The notes under the pieces: generated by a model
The model's input: only the letters and a program-made list of their open reading frames with translations
What the model was told of the DNA's origin: nothing
Database searches by the model: none
Translations under genes and position numbers: made by a program
NCBI GenBank assembly: GCA_043228905.1
Contig: JBHGNT010000010.1
Location: 13,950,001 to 14,014,000 of the forward strand
DNA: 64,000 nt
Direction: 5' to 3'
Source: Azolla caroliniana
Lineage: Eukaryota; Plantae; Polypodiophyta
Shown here: positions 60,975-64,000 of the stretch, in pieces
Layout: each line of letters begins with the position of its first letter
Position numbering within the stretch: position 1 is the stretch's first letter

Positions 60975-63365
60975 TGTAGAGAAAAGTGCGGAATATAGCT
61001 CGGCCACAACCGAGTAATGAATCACTTCAATGAGAATCAAACACAGAAATGGGAAATGGGGAGATAACGCACGTACCCACACAGACAATAGAGAGTACAC
61101 AGGATGTTTACGTGGAAAACCCTAATAGGGAAAAACGATGGGAGCCCACAGACTCCAAACTATCACTATATAGGAAAAGGTACAAATAGAGACTCAGAGG
61201 CAACGACCTCGAGCTCTATATCTTCACCAGCCGGCTGTTACAACAGAGTATCGCTCTGTATCTCTCTCTCACTCACACACTCTTCCTCTCTCTCTATACA
61301 ACAGTTATACATACAACAATATGACAACATTTGTGTGCATTAAAGTGTTTGCCCTAAGTCATATTTATACTTATATGAACTTAGGGCTATTTACAAATAT
61401 AGCCTCAATAGGCTTACTCAAAACATATTTACAAATATATCTTCTCTTCCAGTTCTCACCGGGTTCCATCGGGTCCTCTTCATTCAACATCGGATCCCAT
61501 CCGGAGGGACCGATTTCCCAACAATCTCCCCCTTCACTCCGGCATGGGATGTCTCGCCAGCCCGATCCGCTTTCGGCATGCATCCAGCTTGTCGGTTGTA
61601 AACACCTTGGTTAGTTAGCATATCCGACTCGTTCTCCTTCGTGTGGATCTTCATCAGCATGAACTCTTGATCTTCTACTCTCGCCCGGATCCAGTGGTAC
61701 CTCCGCTGGATCTGTTTCGTCCGGGAATGGTAGGCCACGTTCTTTGCAAGGTGGATGGCACTTTGATTGTCGTAGTAGAGCCAATATTCCTCCTATTGGA
61801 TCCTTAGCTCTCCGATGAAGTCCTTCATCCATATTATCTCCTTATCGGCTTCTACAGTTGCCATGTACTCTGACTCCGTGGTTGACAACGCAACCATCTT
61901 CTGCAACCTCGACTACTATGATACAGCTCCCCCTCCATAAGTCATGACATATCCGGATGTAGATTGGCTGGTATCCGCATTAGCCGACATATCTGAATCC
62001 GTGAATCCGTCAAGTTGGGGATTACCGGAGCTGAACCGGAGGCACATACTCGAGGTGCCTTCAGATACTAGAGTATTCACTTGACCATGTTCTAGTGCTC
62101 TTTTCCAGAATTGCTCATGAACCGGCTTACCACTTCGACTGCATATCCAATATCCGGCTCGGTACATACCATCACGTACATCAAGCTTTCGACGGTAAAG
62201 GCATATGGTATCTTCATCATATCCGTCTTCTTGGCCTTTGTCTTAGGGCTTTGCTTTCCGGACAACTTACAATTTGCCGGAAGTGTCGATCCGATCAATT
62301 TCGCCTCCGACATGTTGAACCGTTGAAGCACCTTTGTCACGTACTTCTCCTGTGACAACCACAATAGCTTCTTCAACCGATCCCGGATGATGTGCATTCC
62401 CAATATCTATCTTGCCAGACCCAAGTCTTTCATTGAGAAGGTTCGGTTCAGAGCCTTCTTCAGCATCCGAATCTTGCCTTGGTCTCGTCCGACGATGAAC
62501 ATATCATCCACATATAGGAGGAGTATTAGGAAATCTCCTCCGTCAAATTTCTTCACAAACATGCAATGATCAGCTTGCATTTTGTGGTATCCTTGGTCGA
62601 TCATGAAGGAGTCAAACTTCCGGTACCATTGCCAGGGGGCTTGCTTCAATCCATATAAGCTCTTCTTTACTCGGCACACCAAGTGCTCCTTCCCTTTCTT
62701 CTCAAATCCTTCCAGTTGATGCATGTAGATCTCTTCTTCGAGATCGCCATGTAGGAACGCCATCTTGATGTCCAGTTGCTCTACCTCGAGGTCCACGCTT
62801 GCCACTACTCCCAATACCGTCCGGATGGATGTCATCTTTACTACCGGGCAAAGATCTCATCAAAATCCACTCCTTTCTTCTGGTGGAACCCCTTCACCAC
62901 GATCCGAGCTTTGTATCTCGGTGGGTTTCCGGGATCTCCCAGTCAGCTTGTACACACACTTGTTCCGAAGTTCTCTCTTCCCTTTTGGCAACTTCGGCAG
63001 TTCATATGTGTGGTTCTCATGTAGGGAATCCATCTCGTCTTGCATGGCACTCAACCACTTGCGGCTGTGGGTGTCTCTCTTTGCTTCTTCGAAGCTTTCC
63101 GGCTCCCCATCATCGGTTAGCAACACGTGCTCTGCATCTGAAAATCTCCGGGGGTCTCTTCTCTGTCTGAGAGGATATCTCCGTGCTTGGTTTTTGATTA
63201 CCGGTTCCTCTGTTTGTTCCGAATCTGAATCCGATTCGAGATCTTGTCCGGTTCCATTGTCTTCTTCTTCTTCTTCTTCAGTCCGTTCGGTTTCTTGTCC
63301 GTATCTGGCCGGTTCGTCGAGTGTCATCCGGTTGCTGGCCAACATCCGGTTTTCAACCGGGTAGG
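60975..63365 (-). mobile_element. 3' part of Copia element H (RT-RNaseH, PPT, 3' LTR 60975-61523), 5'-truncated
   Basis: RT/RNase H closely match element D, the PPT is at 61524-61536, and the LTR matches solo LTR G. Confidence 0.92.
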
Positions 63366-63529
63366 TCCTTGTGTCTTCCTCGAGGGCTCCACTATATATA
63401 AAGAGGTTGTATCACGTGCGTTGACGACATCTTTTATAAACCCCTTCTGTAAAAAAACAGTTAATAAAAATACTACTTAGTGCAAATATATATTTTGACA
63501 ACAACTCATTTTAAATGCCCTTACATAGA

Positions 63530-63895
63530 AAACACATGTATGTTCAATATATGTATTTATGTATTTATGTATATATTGTATTGTATTGCATGTGTTGTAT
63601 ATATTTTATGTATGGGTTATGTGTATGTATGTTCGCATGTATGTATTGTATTGCATGTGACTGTACATATGTAGTGTATTGTATTCCATGTTTATATATG
63701 CATGTATTGTACTGTATTGCATGTGTTGTATATATTTTATGTATATGGCATGTGTGTATGTATCTATGTGTTATATGTGCATGTGTGTGCATGTAAGTGT
63801 AATGATATATGTGTGTGTGTATATGTACGTATGTTTGTGTATGTGTGTGCATGTGTTCTATATATTTGCATGCGTGAAAGTGTTTTATACATGTC
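63530..63895. repeat. Degenerate TG/TA-rich simple repeat
   Basis: TATGTG/TGTA/TGCA mosaic with a repeated TTGTATTGCATGTGTTGTATATATTTTATGTAT block. Confidence 0.9.
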
Positions 63896-64000
63896 GCTAC
63901 AACAAAATAAGCTAGTAGTGATGCCAAAACACATTGCTATTGGCACTGCATATATACCATCATTGTGCAACACCTTTCGAAAAGATTAAATTTTGTTTTT

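Noticed and set aside
63480-63989. Cys/Tyr/Val/Met-rich ORFs
   Set aside because: Translation of a TG/TA simple repeat.

Overview
Eukaryotic land-plant DNA. The repeat repertoire suggests a non-seed plant such as a fern, which is an inference. The first 7.3 kb is a small gene island with three parts: a CYP73A/C4H pseudogene broken by a Copia insertion, a two-exon type I-like MADS-box gene, and a four-exon gene for a probable plastid membrane protein. The remaining ~56 kb is a deep nest of mostly decayed LTR retrotransposons: several Ty1/Copia, two chromodomain-bearing Tcn1/Tf1-sushi-like Ty3/Gypsy elements, one Athila-like non-chromoviral element with an extra ORF, a fungal-type Gypsy, a non-autonomous derivative and a solo LTR. 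Most LTR, PBS, PPT and TSD boundaries can be read directly. The most notable signals are cis-acting. (1) Two chromovirus families carry Tf1-style self-priming sites with different but co-varying sequences. (2) Three LTR families carry antisense tRNA-like A-box/B-box cassettes in U3. (3) The Athila-like element has a tRNA-3'-end-like sequence where its polypurine tract should be, giving PBS-like sites at both ends. (4) Three elements carry -1 frameshift heptamer plus pseudoknot signals. (5) A tRNA-Trp-primed element has a first ORF encoding a Cys/His/acidic repeat protein instead of Gag. All counts and alignments were made by eye.
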